Counted from the stretch's first letter, positions 18,591 to 28,031 are shown. The stretch is 64,000 nt of DNA from Myxococcota bacterium (GCA_965247115.1 CBDFGR010000003.1:1280001-1344000); one strand, 5' to 3'. A program made the numbers and translations. Notes: a model not told the origin generated them from the sequence alone.

Positions 18591-18618
18591 GGACTACTGC
18601 CCCCGGGGGCAGTAGTCC
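18591..18618. repeat. Perfect 28-bp palindrome upstream of the HNH gene
   Basis: GGACTACTGCCCCCGGGGGCAGTAGTCC is its own reverse complement. Confidence 0.95.
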
Positions 18619-18678
18619 ATTGCAGTCCAGCTCGCGTTCTGGGCGGAGTCAATGAACAACGCCGAGCTCGGGGAGGAG

Positions 18679-19122
18679 TCAGCTCTTGCGGTCTAGGGCT
18701 TCTATCTTCGCGATGCGTCGGGCGTGGCGGTTGCCTTGGAAGGGCTGGTCGAGCCAAATGCGGACCCACTTGAGGAGGTCTGCGCTCGGGAACTCTCCAG
18801 CGCCAAGGCAGAGGACGTTCGAGTCGTGGTGGTTGCGAGTCATGGCAGCGCCTCGCTCGCTGTACACGAGGGCGGCGCGCACGCCGGGGATCCGGTTCGC
18901 CAGCATCGACATGCCGATGCCGTTCGTGCAGGCCAGGATCGCCCTGTGCGTTTCGCCCTGGGCGGTGCTCTGCGCTGCGGGGATACCGAAGTCGGGGTAG
19001 TCGCAGGACTCGGTGGAGTCGGTGCCGAAGTCCTCGACCTCGTGCCCGAGTCCTTCGAGCTCGGAGATGAGCTCGCGCTTGAAGTCGTAGCCAGCGTGAT
19101 CGGTGGCGACCGCAATCTTCAT
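18679..19122 (-). CDS. rpiB: Ribose-5-phosphate isomerase B
   Basis: MKIAVATDHAG, DYPD, CTNGIGMS, ANRIPGVRAA, F.GNRHARRIAKI. Confidence 0.93.
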   Translation of the reverse strand: MKIAVATDHAGYDFKRELISELEGLGHEVEDFGTDSTESCDYPDFGIPAAQSTAQGETHRAILACTNGIGMSMLANRIPGVRAALVYSERGAAMTRNHHDSNVLCLGAGEFPSADLLKWVRIWLDQPFQGNRHARRIAKIEALDRKS

Positions 19123-19141
19123 CCGCGTGGCTCGGCCCCTG

Positions 19142-20077
19142 TCAGACCGCGGCCCGGTAGATGTCCATGACGGCGTGCAAGAGCTCGATGGCCTCCGACT
19201 TTTCGCGCTGGAAGGAGTTGCGGCCGATGATCGAGCCGAAGCCGCCACCGTCGGCGATCCCCTGGATCTCGTCGAGCAGGCCCTGGCGATCCTTGGCGGG
19301 TCCGCCGGAGAAGATCACGATGCGGCGACCGCCGAAGGCGCTCTGCACGACGTGGCTCACGCGCTCCGCGAGCGAGCTCACGGGAATGCCCTGCGCCTCG
19401 TAGACCTTGCGAGCAGCGTCCTGCTCGATGTGATCCGTCGGCGGCTTGATCTTGATGACGTGCGCTCCGAGCTGCGCCGCGATCTGCGCCGCGTAGGCGC
19501 AGACGTCGATCGCCGTCTCGCCCTGCTTGGACACGCCGGAGCCCCGGGGGTACGACCAGACGACGACCGCGAGGCCCGCCTGCTTGGCCTCCTCGCCGAG
19601 CGCGCGAATCTGCTCGTACATCTCGTTGCGGCTCGCGGAGCCGGGATAGACGGTGAAGCCGATCGCCGAGCAGCCGAGCCGCAGCGCGTCCTCGACAGAG
19701 CCGGTCACGGCCGGACACGGATCCTCGCCGCTGTAGAGCGAGTCCGAGTTGTTGAGCTTGAGAATGAGCGGGATGTCCCCCGCGTAGTCCGCCGCGCCCG
19801 CCTCGAGAAAGCCGAGCGGGGCCGCATAGGCATTGCAGCCTGCAGCGATGGCGAGCTCGAAGTGGTAGCGCGGATCGTAGGCGGGTGCGTTCGGCGCGAA
19901 GCTCCGAGCGGGGCCGTGCTCGAAGCCCTGGTCTACTGGCAGGATGACCATCTTGCCGGTGCCGCCCAGGCGCCCGTGGTTCAACATCCGCGCGAGATTC
20001 GCGCGGGTCCCCGGGCTATCGGACGAGTACCAGGCAAGGATGTCCTGGACTCGCTTGCTGCTCACGGCGTCTCCCAT
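19142..20077 (-). CDS. fbaB: Class I fructose-bisphosphate aldolase (DhnA type)
   Basis: ILPVDQGFEHGP, WSYPRG, GAHVIKIKPP, GSIIGRNSFQR. Confidence 0.9.
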   Translation of the reverse strand: MGDAVSSKRVQDILAWYSSDSPGTRANLARMLNHGRLGGTGKMVILPVDQGFEHGPARSFAPNAPAYDPRYHFELAIAAGCNAYAAPLGFLEAGAADYAGDIPLILKLNNSDSLYSGEDPCPAVTGSVEDALRLGCSAIGFTVYPGSASRNEMYEQIRALGEEAKQAGLAVVVWSYPRGSGVSKQGETAIDVCAYAAQIAAQLGAHVIKIKPPTDHIEQDAARKVYEAQGIPVSSLAERVSHVVQSAFGGRRIVIFSGGPAKDRQGLLDEIQGIADGGGFGSIIGRNSFQREKSEAIELLHAVMDIYRAAV

Positions 20078-20175
20078 CTCTCCTTGCTCGACGCTCGAAG
20101 TCTAGCAACCCCCGGGCCCCGAGGTGAACCACATTCCGGGCTAGCAGCGTAGAATCTGGGAAACGGAGGGAAGAA

Positions 20176-20949
20176 ATGGCCGATCTCGAACTCAGTGTCG
20201 ATCGCTCGATCGCAACGGTCCTATTGAACCGACCCGATAGCCTGAACGCGCTATCGGCCTCGCTGGTCGACGAGCTCGACGACGCCGTCACGAAGATCCA
20301 CGACTCGGAGGAAATCGAGGCGGTAATCGTGACGGGCGCCGGGCGCGCCTTCGTGGCGGGTGCTGACATCGAGGAGATCTCGCGCCTGGACCCGTCCGCC
20401 GGCCTGCGCTTCTGCACGCGCGGCCAGGCCGTCTTCTCGCGCTTGGAGCGACTCCAGAAGCCGATCGTCGCGGCCGTGAACGGCTTCGCCCTTGGCGGGG
20501 GCTGCGAGCTCGCGCTGGCCTGCCACATGCGCGTGGCATCGGACCGCGCCCGGTTCGGGCAGCCCGAGGTCAAGCTCGGCATCCTGCCGGGCTTCGGCGG
20601 CACGCAGCGTCTACCGCGGCTGGTCGGTCGCGGTGTGGCGACACAGCTCATCCTGAGCGGTGCGATGATCGACGCCAAGGAGGCGCTCCGAATCGGGCTC
20701 GTGAACGAGGTGGTGGAGCCCGACGCCCTGCTCGAGCGCGCGCGGGCGGTACTGGAGGAGTGCCTCGCGAACGGACCACGCGCCATCGCCGCGTCGCTGG
20801 CCGCGATTCGCGACGGTCTCGACCTACCGCTGGAGGACGGACTCGGAGTCGAGGCGAAGCTTTTCTCCGCGGTCTGCGGCACGGACGAGATGCGCGAGGG
20901 AACCGCGGCCTTCCTCGCGAAGCGCGACCCCGAGTTTCGCCGCTCCTGA
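20176..20949 (+). CDS. Enoyl-CoA hydratase (crotonase family)
   Basis: AFVAGADI, GGGCELALAC, FGQPEVKLGILPGFGGTQRLPRLVG. Confidence 0.92.
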   Translation: MADLELSVDRSIATVLLNRPDSLNALSASLVDELDDAVTKIHDSEEIEAVIVTGAGRAFVAGADIEEISRLDPSAGLRFCTRGQAVFSRLERLQKPIVAAVNGFALGGGCELALACHMRVASDRARFGQPEVKLGILPGFGGTQRLPRLVGRGVATQLILSGAMIDAKEALRIGLVNEVVEPDALLERARAVLEECLANGPRAIAASLAAIRDGLDLPLEDGLGVEAKLFSAVCGTDEMREGTAAFLAKRDPEFRRS

Positions 20950-20951
20950 GG

Positions 20952-22493
20952 CTAGATCACGGCCTCGACCAGGTAGGGTCCCGGCGCGGCGAGGGCACGC
21001 TCCAGTGCCGTAACGAATTCGTCGGCCGTCTCTGCCCGCTCTGCCGGGACGCCCTGGGCCTTTGCGAGTCCCACCCAGTCGATCACCGGATCTCCGAGAT
21101 CGGTGAGCGAGCGCGCGGCCGGGCCTGGCTGCACGATGTCCGCGCGCCCGAGCTCGAGCTTCAGGATCCGATACTCGCGGTTCGCACAGATCACGGTCTT
21201 GACGTTCAGGTTCTCGCGGGCCTGGGTCCAGAGCGACTGCATCGTGTACATCCCGCTGCCGTCGGCCTGGAACGCGATCACCGGTCGATCCGGACACGCA
21301 ACGGCGGCGCCGGTCGCGCAGGGCAGTCCCTGACCGATCGCCCCACCCGTGAGACAGAGCAGCGTGTGCGGGGGGCAGCCGATCGAGGTGCCGTGGAAGG
21401 CGGCCGCCGAGGTGGCTGCTTCGTCCATGACGATGGCACCTTCGGGGAGAAGGGCAGCGAGTGCGATCCCCAGCGAACCTACGCTGAGCTCACCCGAAGG
21501 AGCCTCCGGGCGTTCGAGCGCGGCGAGCACCCCCCCGTCGCGTGCGTCCAGGACCTGGGCCAGCTCTTCGAGCGCGGCCGTGCAGTCTTCCCCCGCTCCG
21601 GCCATCACCTGCACACTGCACGTTTCGGGAATGGGGTGACTGGGCAGACCCGGGTAGCCAAAGAAGCTCACCGGCGAGCGGGTGCCGATCGCGATCAGGT
21701 GGGCAAACGGCTCGAGCGCCTCCGTCACCTGCTCGGGAAAATACGGCAACCGCGTGACCACCGGGAGTCCCGCCCCGCGCTCCGCCCGGGCGATGAAGGT
21801 GTCCGCCAGCAGGCGCGTGCCGGTACGGGCCGCGATGCGTGCGGCGATCTTGAGCTCGGCTGCGCGCAGCGCAGACCCACCGAGCAGGATGGCAGACGGA
21901 GCGTCTTCGCGGAGAACGGCCGCCGCCGCCTCGATTCGGGTGGCCGGTACGGGTGCCGGGGCCCGCGCAAGGACGGGCCTGGCGGGGCCGCCAGCCTGAT
22001 CCCAGGCACAGTCGGCTGGAATGATCAGGGTCGCCGCTCCCGAGGGGGCGCTGCTGGAGGCCGCGATGGCGTCGGCCATGTCGCTTCCCACATCCTTGGC
22101 ACTGCTCGTGGTCCGGACCCAGTTCGACACGGGCCGGGCCAACGACTCGATGTCGGAGGTGAGCGGAGCGTCTGCCGCAACGTGCCAGGTCGCCTGGTCG
22201 CCGACCACGTTCACGATCGGGCTGCGTGCGCGGCGGGCGTTGTGCAGGTTCGCGATGCCGTTCGCGAAGCCGGGACCGAGGTGCAGCAGCGTGAGCGCCG
22301 GCCGCTCGGTCATCCGCGCGTAGCCATCGGCGGCTCCCGTGACCACGCCTTCGAACAGACCCAGCACGGTGCGCACGCCGGGCACCGCATCCAGCGCGGC
22401 GACCAGGTGCATCTCCGTGGTCCCGGGATTCGCAAAGCACACCTCGACCCCCGCATCCACCGCCGTCTGGAGCGCACTCTCAGCGCCGTTCAT
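20952..22493 (-). CDS. TPP-dependent enzyme, acetolactate synthase large subunit-like
   Basis: MNGAESAL...CFANPGTTEMH, GLFEGVVTGAADGYARM, ADGSGMYT...N TPP motif. Confidence 0.88.
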   Translation of the reverse strand: MNGAESALQTAVDAGVEVCFANPGTTEMHLVAALDAVPGVRTVLGLFEGVVTGAADGYARMTERPALTLLHLGPGFANGIANLHNARRARSPIVNVVGDQATWHVAADAPLTSDIESLARPVSNWVRTTSSAKDVGSDMADAIAASSSAPSGAATLIIPADCAWDQAGGPARPVLARAPAPVPATRIEAAAAVLREDAPSAILLGGSALRAAELKIAARIAARTGTRLLADTFIARAERGAGLPVVTRLPYFPEQVTEALEPFAHLIAIGTRSPVSFFGYPGLPSHPIPETCSVQVMAGAGEDCTAALEELAQVLDARDGGVLAALERPEAPSGELSVGSLGIALAALLPEGAIVMDEAATSAAAFHGTSIGCPPHTLLCLTGGAIGQGLPCATGAAVACPDRPVIAFQADGSGMYTMQSLWTQARENLNVKTVICANREYRILKLELGRADIVQPGPAARSLTDLGDPVIDWVGLAKAQGVPAERAETADEFVTALERALAAPGPYLVEAVI

Positions 22494-22501
22494 GCTTTCA
22501 C

Positions 22502-23377
22502 CTATAACCGTTGTGTGTCGCCGGGCTCTTCGATGACCGGATTCTCGAGCGTCCCGATCCGCTCGATCTCGATCCGGACAGACTGGCCTGACTTCAAGAA
22601 ACCAGGAGGCGACATGGCGGCGCCGACGCCGGAAGATGTACCCGTGGACACGACGTCGCCGGGTTCGAGGGTGCACACTGTGGAGAGTGTTGCCACAAGG
22701 TTGAAGCAATCGAACAGCAAGTGTTTGGTGTTGGACTGCTGCCGGAGATCGCTGTCCACGTAGGTCTCCAGCCCGAGCGAGTGGGGATCGCCAATCTCGT
22801 CCGGGGTCACGAGCCACGGTCCCATGGGACCGTGGGTATCCCATGACTTGCCGAGCGTCATCGTGGGCGAGCGCCGTTGCCAGTCCCGGACGCTCACGTC
22901 GTTCACGATCGTGTAGCCAGCGATCACCTCGCTGGCCCGTTCCTCCGGAACATGGCGGCAGCGCTTGCCGATCACGAACGCGAGCTCTCCCTCGTAGTCG
23001 ACGGCGCTCGACGCGCGCGGGATGTGAATGGGATCCCGGTGCGCGATCACGCAGCTCGTCTGCTTGTTGAAGACCATCGGGAAGGCTGGCGGCTTCTGCC
23101 CGGTCTCTTCGATGTGATCCGTGTAGTTCAAGCCGATGGCGAGGAGCTTTGGCGGGTGCGGTACCGGAGCCTCGAGGCGCACGTGGGTTAGCGCGAGGCG
23201 CGGCTGGGCTGCATCGACCGCTCTCTGCGCGGCCTCCTGCGCACTCCGCCCGGCCTCGAGAAACGCGCACATCTCCTTCGGCAGATCGGGCGCCGTCGCG
23301 GCCAGGTCGACAATTTCATCGCCCACTGCCACGCCCATTCGCGTGGTTCCCGCCTCCGTGAACGTCACCAGCCGCAT
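22502..23377 (-). CDS. Fumarylacetoacetate hydrolase family protein
   Basis: IGLNYTDH, DYEGELA, NDVSVRDWQ, GKSWDTHGPMGP, TGTSSGVG; SD GAGGAGG. Confidence 0.92.
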   Translation of the reverse strand: MRLVTFTEAGTTRMGVAVGDEIVDLAATAPDLPKEMCAFLEAGRSAQEAAQRAVDAAQPRLALTHVRLEAPVPHPPKLLAIGLNYTDHIEETGQKPPAFPMVFNKQTSCVIAHRDPIHIPRASSAVDYEGELAFVIGKRCRHVPEERASEVIAGYTIVNDVSVRDWQRRSPTMTLGKSWDTHGPMGPWLVTPDEIGDPHSLGLETYVDSDLRQQSNTKHLLFDCFNLVATLSTVCTLEPGDVVSTGTSSGVGAAMSPPGFLKSGQSVRIEIERIGTLENPVIEEPGDTQRL

Positions 23378-23423
23378 GTCGTCCTCCTCAGCGGGCAGTA
23401 TACCGCGTGCTACCATTCCGATG

Positions 23424-23906
23424 ATGTCGGACGAGCTCGTAGCAATTGCGCGCTATCACTCGTCGAACGAGGCCAACCTGGCGCGTGCTAGATTGCAATC
23501 CGCCGGAATCGACTCCACCCTGGCAGACGAGACGGGTGCCGAGGTCAGCGGGGAGCTCGAGAATCAGCTCCCGGTCCAGCTTGCGGTCATGCGTACGCAA
23601 GCGCGACAGGCGCTCGAGATTCTGCGCCAGGCCGCGGCGGAGCCCGCTCCGGAGCCCAAGTGGTCAGATCGCGTCGAGTCCGAGCGCTGCCCGGTCTGCG
23701 AGTCCTCCTTCACCCAGGTCCAGGATGCGTCGATGCTGGGGAGGATCCTTCGCGCGGTGCTCACGAGCCTGGTACCGCTGCCCGCCTCCGCTCTGGAGAG
23801 CAAGTCCCGCTCGTGTGGCGTCTGCGGACACCGCTGGAGGAGCTCCGCTCCTGAGGGCGAAGCGGCCCCTGACCAGCAAAGTCCACGCCCCGGCCCCTGG
23901 AGCTGA
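23424..23906 (+). CDS. DUF2007-like domain protein with C-terminal Zn ribbon
   Basis: EANLARARLQSAGIDSTLADE...A.QALEIL; CPVC and CGVCGHRW. The start could be 23421 or 23424. Confidence 0.65.
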   Translation: MSDELVAIARYHSSNEANLARARLQSAGIDSTLADETGAEVSGELENQLPVQLAVMRTQARQALEILRQAAAEPAPEPKWSDRVESERCPVCESSFTQVQDASMLGRILRAVLTSLVPLPASALESKSRSCGVCGHRWRSSAPEGEAAPDQQSPRPGPWS

Positions 23907-23913
23907 TACGTCG

Positions 23914-24825
23914 GTGCGCGTTGCCTCTCTCCTGCCGAGCAGTACAGAGATCGCCTGTGCCGTGGGCGCGCGCAGCCAGCTCGTCGCTCGCTCGCACGAG
24001 TGCGACTTTCCCGCAGACGTGGCGAGCCTGCCCCCACTCACCTCTGCGCGCATCGACCCGGAGGTACCCAGCTTCGAGATCGACAGGGACGTGAGGGCTC
24101 TACTGGCGGAGGGACTTTCGATTTACAACGTGGACGCCGAGCGACTTCGCGAGCTCGCTCCAGAGGTGATCCTGACGCAGACTCTCTGCGAGGTCTGCGC
24201 GATCACCCCGAGAGACCTCGAGCAGGCGCTAGCGGATTGGACAGGCGTCGCGCCCCAGCTCGTCTCTCTCGAGCCCTTGCGACTCGAGGACGTATGGTCC
24301 GACATCGAGCGCGTGGGCACGGCTCTGGGCCTCGCGCGAGAGGGGCAGCAGCTCGCGGACGGGCTGCGGGCTCGGGTCGAGTCACTGGCCGAGCAAATCG
24401 CCGGGGTGGCCGAGCGGCCGAGCGTCGCGACACTGGAGTGGATCAATCCGCTCATGGCGGCCGGAAACTGGATGCCGGAGCTTGTCGAGCTCGCGGGAGG
24501 GCGGAACCTGTTCGGACTCGCAGGCGAGCACTCACCCTGGCTCGAGTGGGAGGCGCTTCAAAAGAGCGATCCGGAGCTGCTCCTGGTCCTGCCGTGCGGC
24601 TTCGGGCTCGAACGAACTCGTGCCGAGCTCGGCCCCCTGCTCGAGCAAACGGGCTTCGCGGAGCTCGACTGCGCCCGGAGCGGGCGGATCTACCTGCTCG
24701 AGGGCAACCAGTTCTTCAACAGGCCGGGACCGCGTCTGGCCGAGTCGCTGGAAATCCTTTGCGAGGTGCTGCACCCCCAAAGCTTCGACTTCGGCCACTC
24801 GGGCACCGGCTGGCAGTCCTTATAG
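23914..24825 (+). CDS. BtuF-like (cobalamin/iron) periplasmic-binding-fold protein
   Basis: MRVASLLPSSTEI, SHECDFP, LCEVCAI, EWINPLMAAGNWMPE, FNRPGPRLAESLE; no signal peptide. Confidence 0.85.
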   Translation: MRVASLLPSSTEIACAVGARSQLVARSHECDFPADVASLPPLTSARIDPEVPSFEIDRDVRALLAEGLSIYNVDAERLRELAPEVILTQTLCEVCAITPRDLEQALADWTGVAPQLVSLEPLRLEDVWSDIERVGTALGLAREGQQLADGLRARVESLAEQIAGVAERPSVATLEWINPLMAAGNWMPELVELAGGRNLFGLAGEHSPWLEWEALQKSDPELLLVLPCGFGLERTRAELGPLLEQTGFAELDCARSGRIYLLEGNQFFNRPGPRLAESLEILCEVLHPQSFDFGHSGTGWQSL

Positions 24826-24839
24826 TGGGACCCGGCCCG

Positions 24840-24934
24840 TCTTGTGGGACCCAGCCCGCGGGCGGCCGCGGGCCACCCACCTCCGCTCAGGCCTACGGCC
24901 TTCGCTGCGCGCGCCGCGTTCCGCTGCGCTTGCA
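24840..24934 (+). repeat. Three-hairpin dispersed repeat, copy A (preceded by a short GTGGGACCCGGCC duplicate at 24825)
   Basis: TCTTGTGGGACCC-hairpin-ACCCACCTCCGCTC-hairpin-TCGCTGCGC-hairpin-TTGCA. Confidence 0.9.
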
Positions 24935-24968
24935 GGGAGGTGCAACGGCGGTCAGAACTGAAGACTAA

Positions 24969-25123
24969 GGACCGTCCCAAGTTAGATTCCGTGGAGAACC
25001 GGCAACCTCCTACGGGGCTCGGCAACCATGCAAGCGCCGCGGAACGCGGCGCGCGCAGCGAAGGGCAAAGCCCTGAGCAGAGGTGGGTGGCGCGCGACCG
25101 CTCGCGCGCCGGGTCCCACAAGA
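24969..25123 (-). repeat. Three-hairpin dispersed repeat, copy B (inverted, with ~60-bp tail shared with copy C)
   Basis: The reverse complement has the same core (25029-25123) plus the tail GGTTGCCGAGCCCCGTAGGAGGTTGCCGGTTCTCCACGGAATCTAACTTGGGACGGTCC. Confidence 0.9.
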
Positions 25124-25194
25124 CGCGCGCCGGGGGACGTTCCCACCCTCCGACGGCGTCGGTCCGAGTCGCGCGGCGGTGGGCGCCGCCGCCT

Positions 25195-25974
25195 CTAGCT
25201 CGTGAAGTCGAGGATCGTCTTCGCGAGGGCCTCGGGGGCATCGAAGTCCACGCGGTGACCCGCGCCCTCAATGGAGCGGATCGTCGTCTCGGCGGAGATC
25301 CCGTCGGCAAAGCGCTTCGCGTAGCTGGCGGGGACGATGCGATCGTCGCTCCCCCACACCAGCAATGTGTCGGCTGTGATGCGGTGAAGCCGCTTGCGCA
25401 AACCCAGGTCGCCCGTCGGCCACAACAACCTGGCTGCAGCCTCCGCGGCGCGCACCTGCTCTACCTGCCACTCGATCTCCTCGACCCCTTTGGGACAGCG
25501 CAGCTCGCCCGCGAACTCCTCCGGCCTCGCGGAGTGGAGCGCAGGAATCTCGCTTACCCGTCGAGCCCAGACGTCGGCCACGGGGTCCGCCTCGTCAAAG
25601 AGTCCGAACGGAGCGACGAGGACTAGCGATCCGACGCTTGCACGCGAGAGCGCAGCCACCTCCGCGGCGAGGGCACCCCCCACTCCCAGTCCGATCAGAT
25701 CAGCGCCATCGAGCTCAGCAGCCTCGAGCAGATCCAGGATGGCGCTGACCCAGTCCGGCAGATCGTCCAGTTCACGGTGACCGTCCCCACCGGGGAAGCC
25801 CGGCAGCGAGGGCACGATCACCTGTCGACTTCCCGACAACCGCTCCAGAAAGGGCGACCAGCTCGGGAACCCGCCGAGCCCAGCGAGCACGCCGAGCTTG
25901 GGTCCGACGCCTTTTCGCCAGACGCGACACGCCGCACCGTTGACCTGTACCCTCCTCTCGGAGGGCTCGCTCAT
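25195..25974 (-). CDS. Alpha/beta hydrolase fold protein (nucleophile elbow G-L-G-V-G, no Ser)
   Basis: PSLPGF, LIGLGVGG, TLLVWGSDDRIVP, GAGH; ATG overlaps the LLM TGA. Confidence 0.85.
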   Translation of the reverse strand: MSEPSERRVQVNGAACRVWRKGVGPKLGVLAGLGGFPSWSPFLERLSGSRQVIVPSLPGFPGGDGHRELDDLPDWVSAILDLLEAAELDGADLIGLGVGGALAAEVAALSRASVGSLVLVAPFGLFDEADPVADVWARRVSEIPALHSARPEEFAGELRCPKGVEEIEWQVEQVRAAEAAARLLWPTGDLGLRKRLHRITADTLLVWGSDDRIVPASYAKRFADGISAETTIRSIEGAGHRVDFDAPEALAKTILDFTS

Positions 25975-27233
25975 CGAACGACCTCGCGCGGAACCGCCCG
26001 ATCCTCCCTCTGCATGGGTGTGGGCCACCACTTGTTCTCCCACTCGTCCTCGAACAGGTCGGTGAGCTGTGGAAAGACCCGCTTGGCGAACATCTCGGTG
26101 TTGTAGAGCGTGAGGTCCTTGCTCATGTTTCCATACTGGAGCAGCAGCATGAGCTGTCCCACGTTCATGGTGACGGCGACCTCGCGCAGCTGCTCCGCCA
26201 CCTCGTCGGGACTGCCGATGATCACGTACCCCTTGTCGACGATCTCCTCGAAGCCTGGAGCGCTGAACGCCTCCCGGTCCGTAGAGCGCTCGCTCGCCCG
26301 CGTCGCGGCCTGCACTACCTGCGACTGGATGCGCGAACGGATCGTCGCCTCGCTGGAGTAGCCAGGAGGCATCGCGTAGCGGGCGTCGACGTGGAGGCAG
26401 CGGTTGTAGAAATACTCCGCCGGCTCCCGGTACAGGTCCAGGGCTTCCTCACGCGACTCCGCCACACCGACGAACTGGAGGAAACCCGCGCGGAAGGGAT
26501 TCCGATCCTTGCCGAGCTCCTTCATCTCGTTCCAGAAGCCCTGCATCGTCGCCAGCCCGGACTGGTAGCCGAAGTAGGACAGGTAGGCGTAGACGTAGTC
26601 GAGCTCCGCGCACCAGTGCCAGGTTTCGACCGAGCCCCCGCCCGGAATCCAGATGGGCGGATGGGGCTTCTGCACCGGCCGTGGCCACGGGTTTACGTAG
26701 CGCAGCTTCGTGAAGCGTCCGTTGAAGACGAAGGGATCCGGGTCCTGCCAGGCCTTCATCACAAGATCGTGCGCCTCGTAGTAGCGCTCACGCAGCTGGC
26801 TCGGATTGGCGCCATAGGCGTAGCAGGTATCCATGGGGCTGCCCACGGGGAAGCCCGCGACGAGTCGGCCGCCGGAGATGACGTCGAGCATGGCGAACTC
26901 TTCCGCGACCCGTACCGGCGGGTTGTAGAGCGCGAGCGAGTTCCCCATGACGACGATCGCCGCATCGCGCGTGCGACGCGCAAGGCTGCTGGCGATCAGG
27001 TTCGGGGAGGGCATGAGCCCGTACGCGTTCTGGTGGTGCTCGTTCACGCAGACGCCGTCAAAGCCGATCTCGGCCGCGAACTCGAGCTCGTCCATGAAAT
27101 CGTTGTACATGCCGTGCGCCTTCTCGGGGTCGAACAGGCGCGAGTCGATGTCGACCCAGACCGACGGGTGGTCCTCCTTGAAGGAGTCCGGGAGCTCGGT
27201 GTAAGGCATGAGGTGAAACCAGAGAATCTTCAT
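25971..27233 (-). CDS. LLM class (luciferase-like) flavin-dependent oxidoreductase
   Basis: GFDGVCVNEHH, PVRVAEEFAMLDVISGGRLVAG, PRPVQKPHPPIW, IIGSPDEV. Confidence 0.92.
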   Translation of the reverse strand: MKILWFHLMPYTELPDSFKEDHPSVWVDIDSRLFDPEKAHGMYNDFMDELEFAAEIGFDGVCVNEHHQNAYGLMPSPNLIASSLARRTRDAAIVVMGNSLALYNPPVRVAEEFAMLDVISGGRLVAGFPVGSPMDTCYAYGANPSQLRERYYEAHDLVMKAWQDPDPFVFNGRFTKLRYVNPWPRPVQKPHPPIWIPGGGSVETWHWCAELDYVYAYLSYFGYQSGLATMQGFWNEMKELGKDRNPFRAGFLQFVGVAESREEALDLYREPAEYFYNRCLHVDARYAMPPGYSSEATIRSRIQSQVVQAATRASERSTDREAFSAPGFEEIVDKGYVIIGSPDEVAEQLREVAVTMNVGQLMLLLQYGNMSKDLTLYNTEMFAKRVFPQLTDLFEDEWENKWWPTPMQREDRAVPREVVR

Positions 27234-27254
27234 TTCGTCTTTTCCTTGCCGCGA

Positions 27255-28031
27255 CTACTTGCCCTTCCACTGGGGTGGACGCTTCTCTGCGAATGCCTTT
27301 GGACCTTCGACGAAGTCCTCGCTCTTCACCATCTCCGCGATGGCGGGGTAGCGGCCGGTCTTCATGGCCTCCTGCAGATCCGCGACGTCCTGACTGCGGC
27401 TCGCGGTCTGCTTGCTCGCGCGAATGGAGAGCGGGGAGCACTCCAGGATCTGCTCCGCCCAGGCCCGCGCGGACTTGAGCAGGTCGGCGTGGGGAACCAC
27501 GTCGGTCACGAAGCCCAGCTCTTTCCCCTCCTGCGCGCCGACCCGACGACCGGTCAGGATCATGCCCATCGCATGCTTCAGCGGGATCATGCGCGGCAAG
27601 CGCTGCAGCCCACCCGCGAGGGCGGCCAGACCGACACGCGGCTCCGGCAGGGCGAAGACCGCCTGCTCCGAGGCGATGATCAGATCGCAGGCGAGCGCGA
27701 TCTCGAAGCCCCCGCCCATCGCCACGCCGTTCACCGCAGCGATCACCGGCTTGACGAGGTCGAAGCGGGACGTGAGCCCGCCGAAGCCTGCGCGCTGCTG
27801 CTCGCCGCGCCCGCCGGACGCCTGGAACTTCAAGTCGTTGCCAGCGGAGAAAGCGCGATCCCCCTCTCCCGTAATGATGCCCACCCAGAGCTCCGGGTCG
27901 GCCGCAAAATCGTCCCAGACCTTTGCCAGCGCCTGGTTTGCGGGCGGGTGAAGGCTGTTCATCACTTCGGGGCGAGTGATGGTGACGGTCAACACCCGAC
28001 CGTCGCGCTCGCTCTTGCAGAATTCTGACAT
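27255..28031 (-). CDS. Enoyl-CoA hydratase (CaiD-like crotonase)
   Basis: AFSAGNDLK, GGGFEIALACD, FALPEPRVGLAALAGG, AFAEKRPPQWKG. Confidence 0.9.
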   Translation of the reverse strand: MSEFCKSERDGRVLTVTITRPEVMNSLHPPANQALAKVWDDFAADPELWVGIITGEGDRAFSAGNDLKFQASGGRGEQQRAGFGGLTSRFDLVKPVIAAVNGVAMGGGFEIALACDLIIASEQAVFALPEPRVGLAALAGGLQRLPRMIPLKHAMGMILTGRRVGAQEGKELGFVTDVVPHADLLKSARAWAEQILECSPLSIRASKQTASRSQDVADLQEAMKTGRYPAIAEMVKSEDFVEGPKAFAEKRPPQWKGK

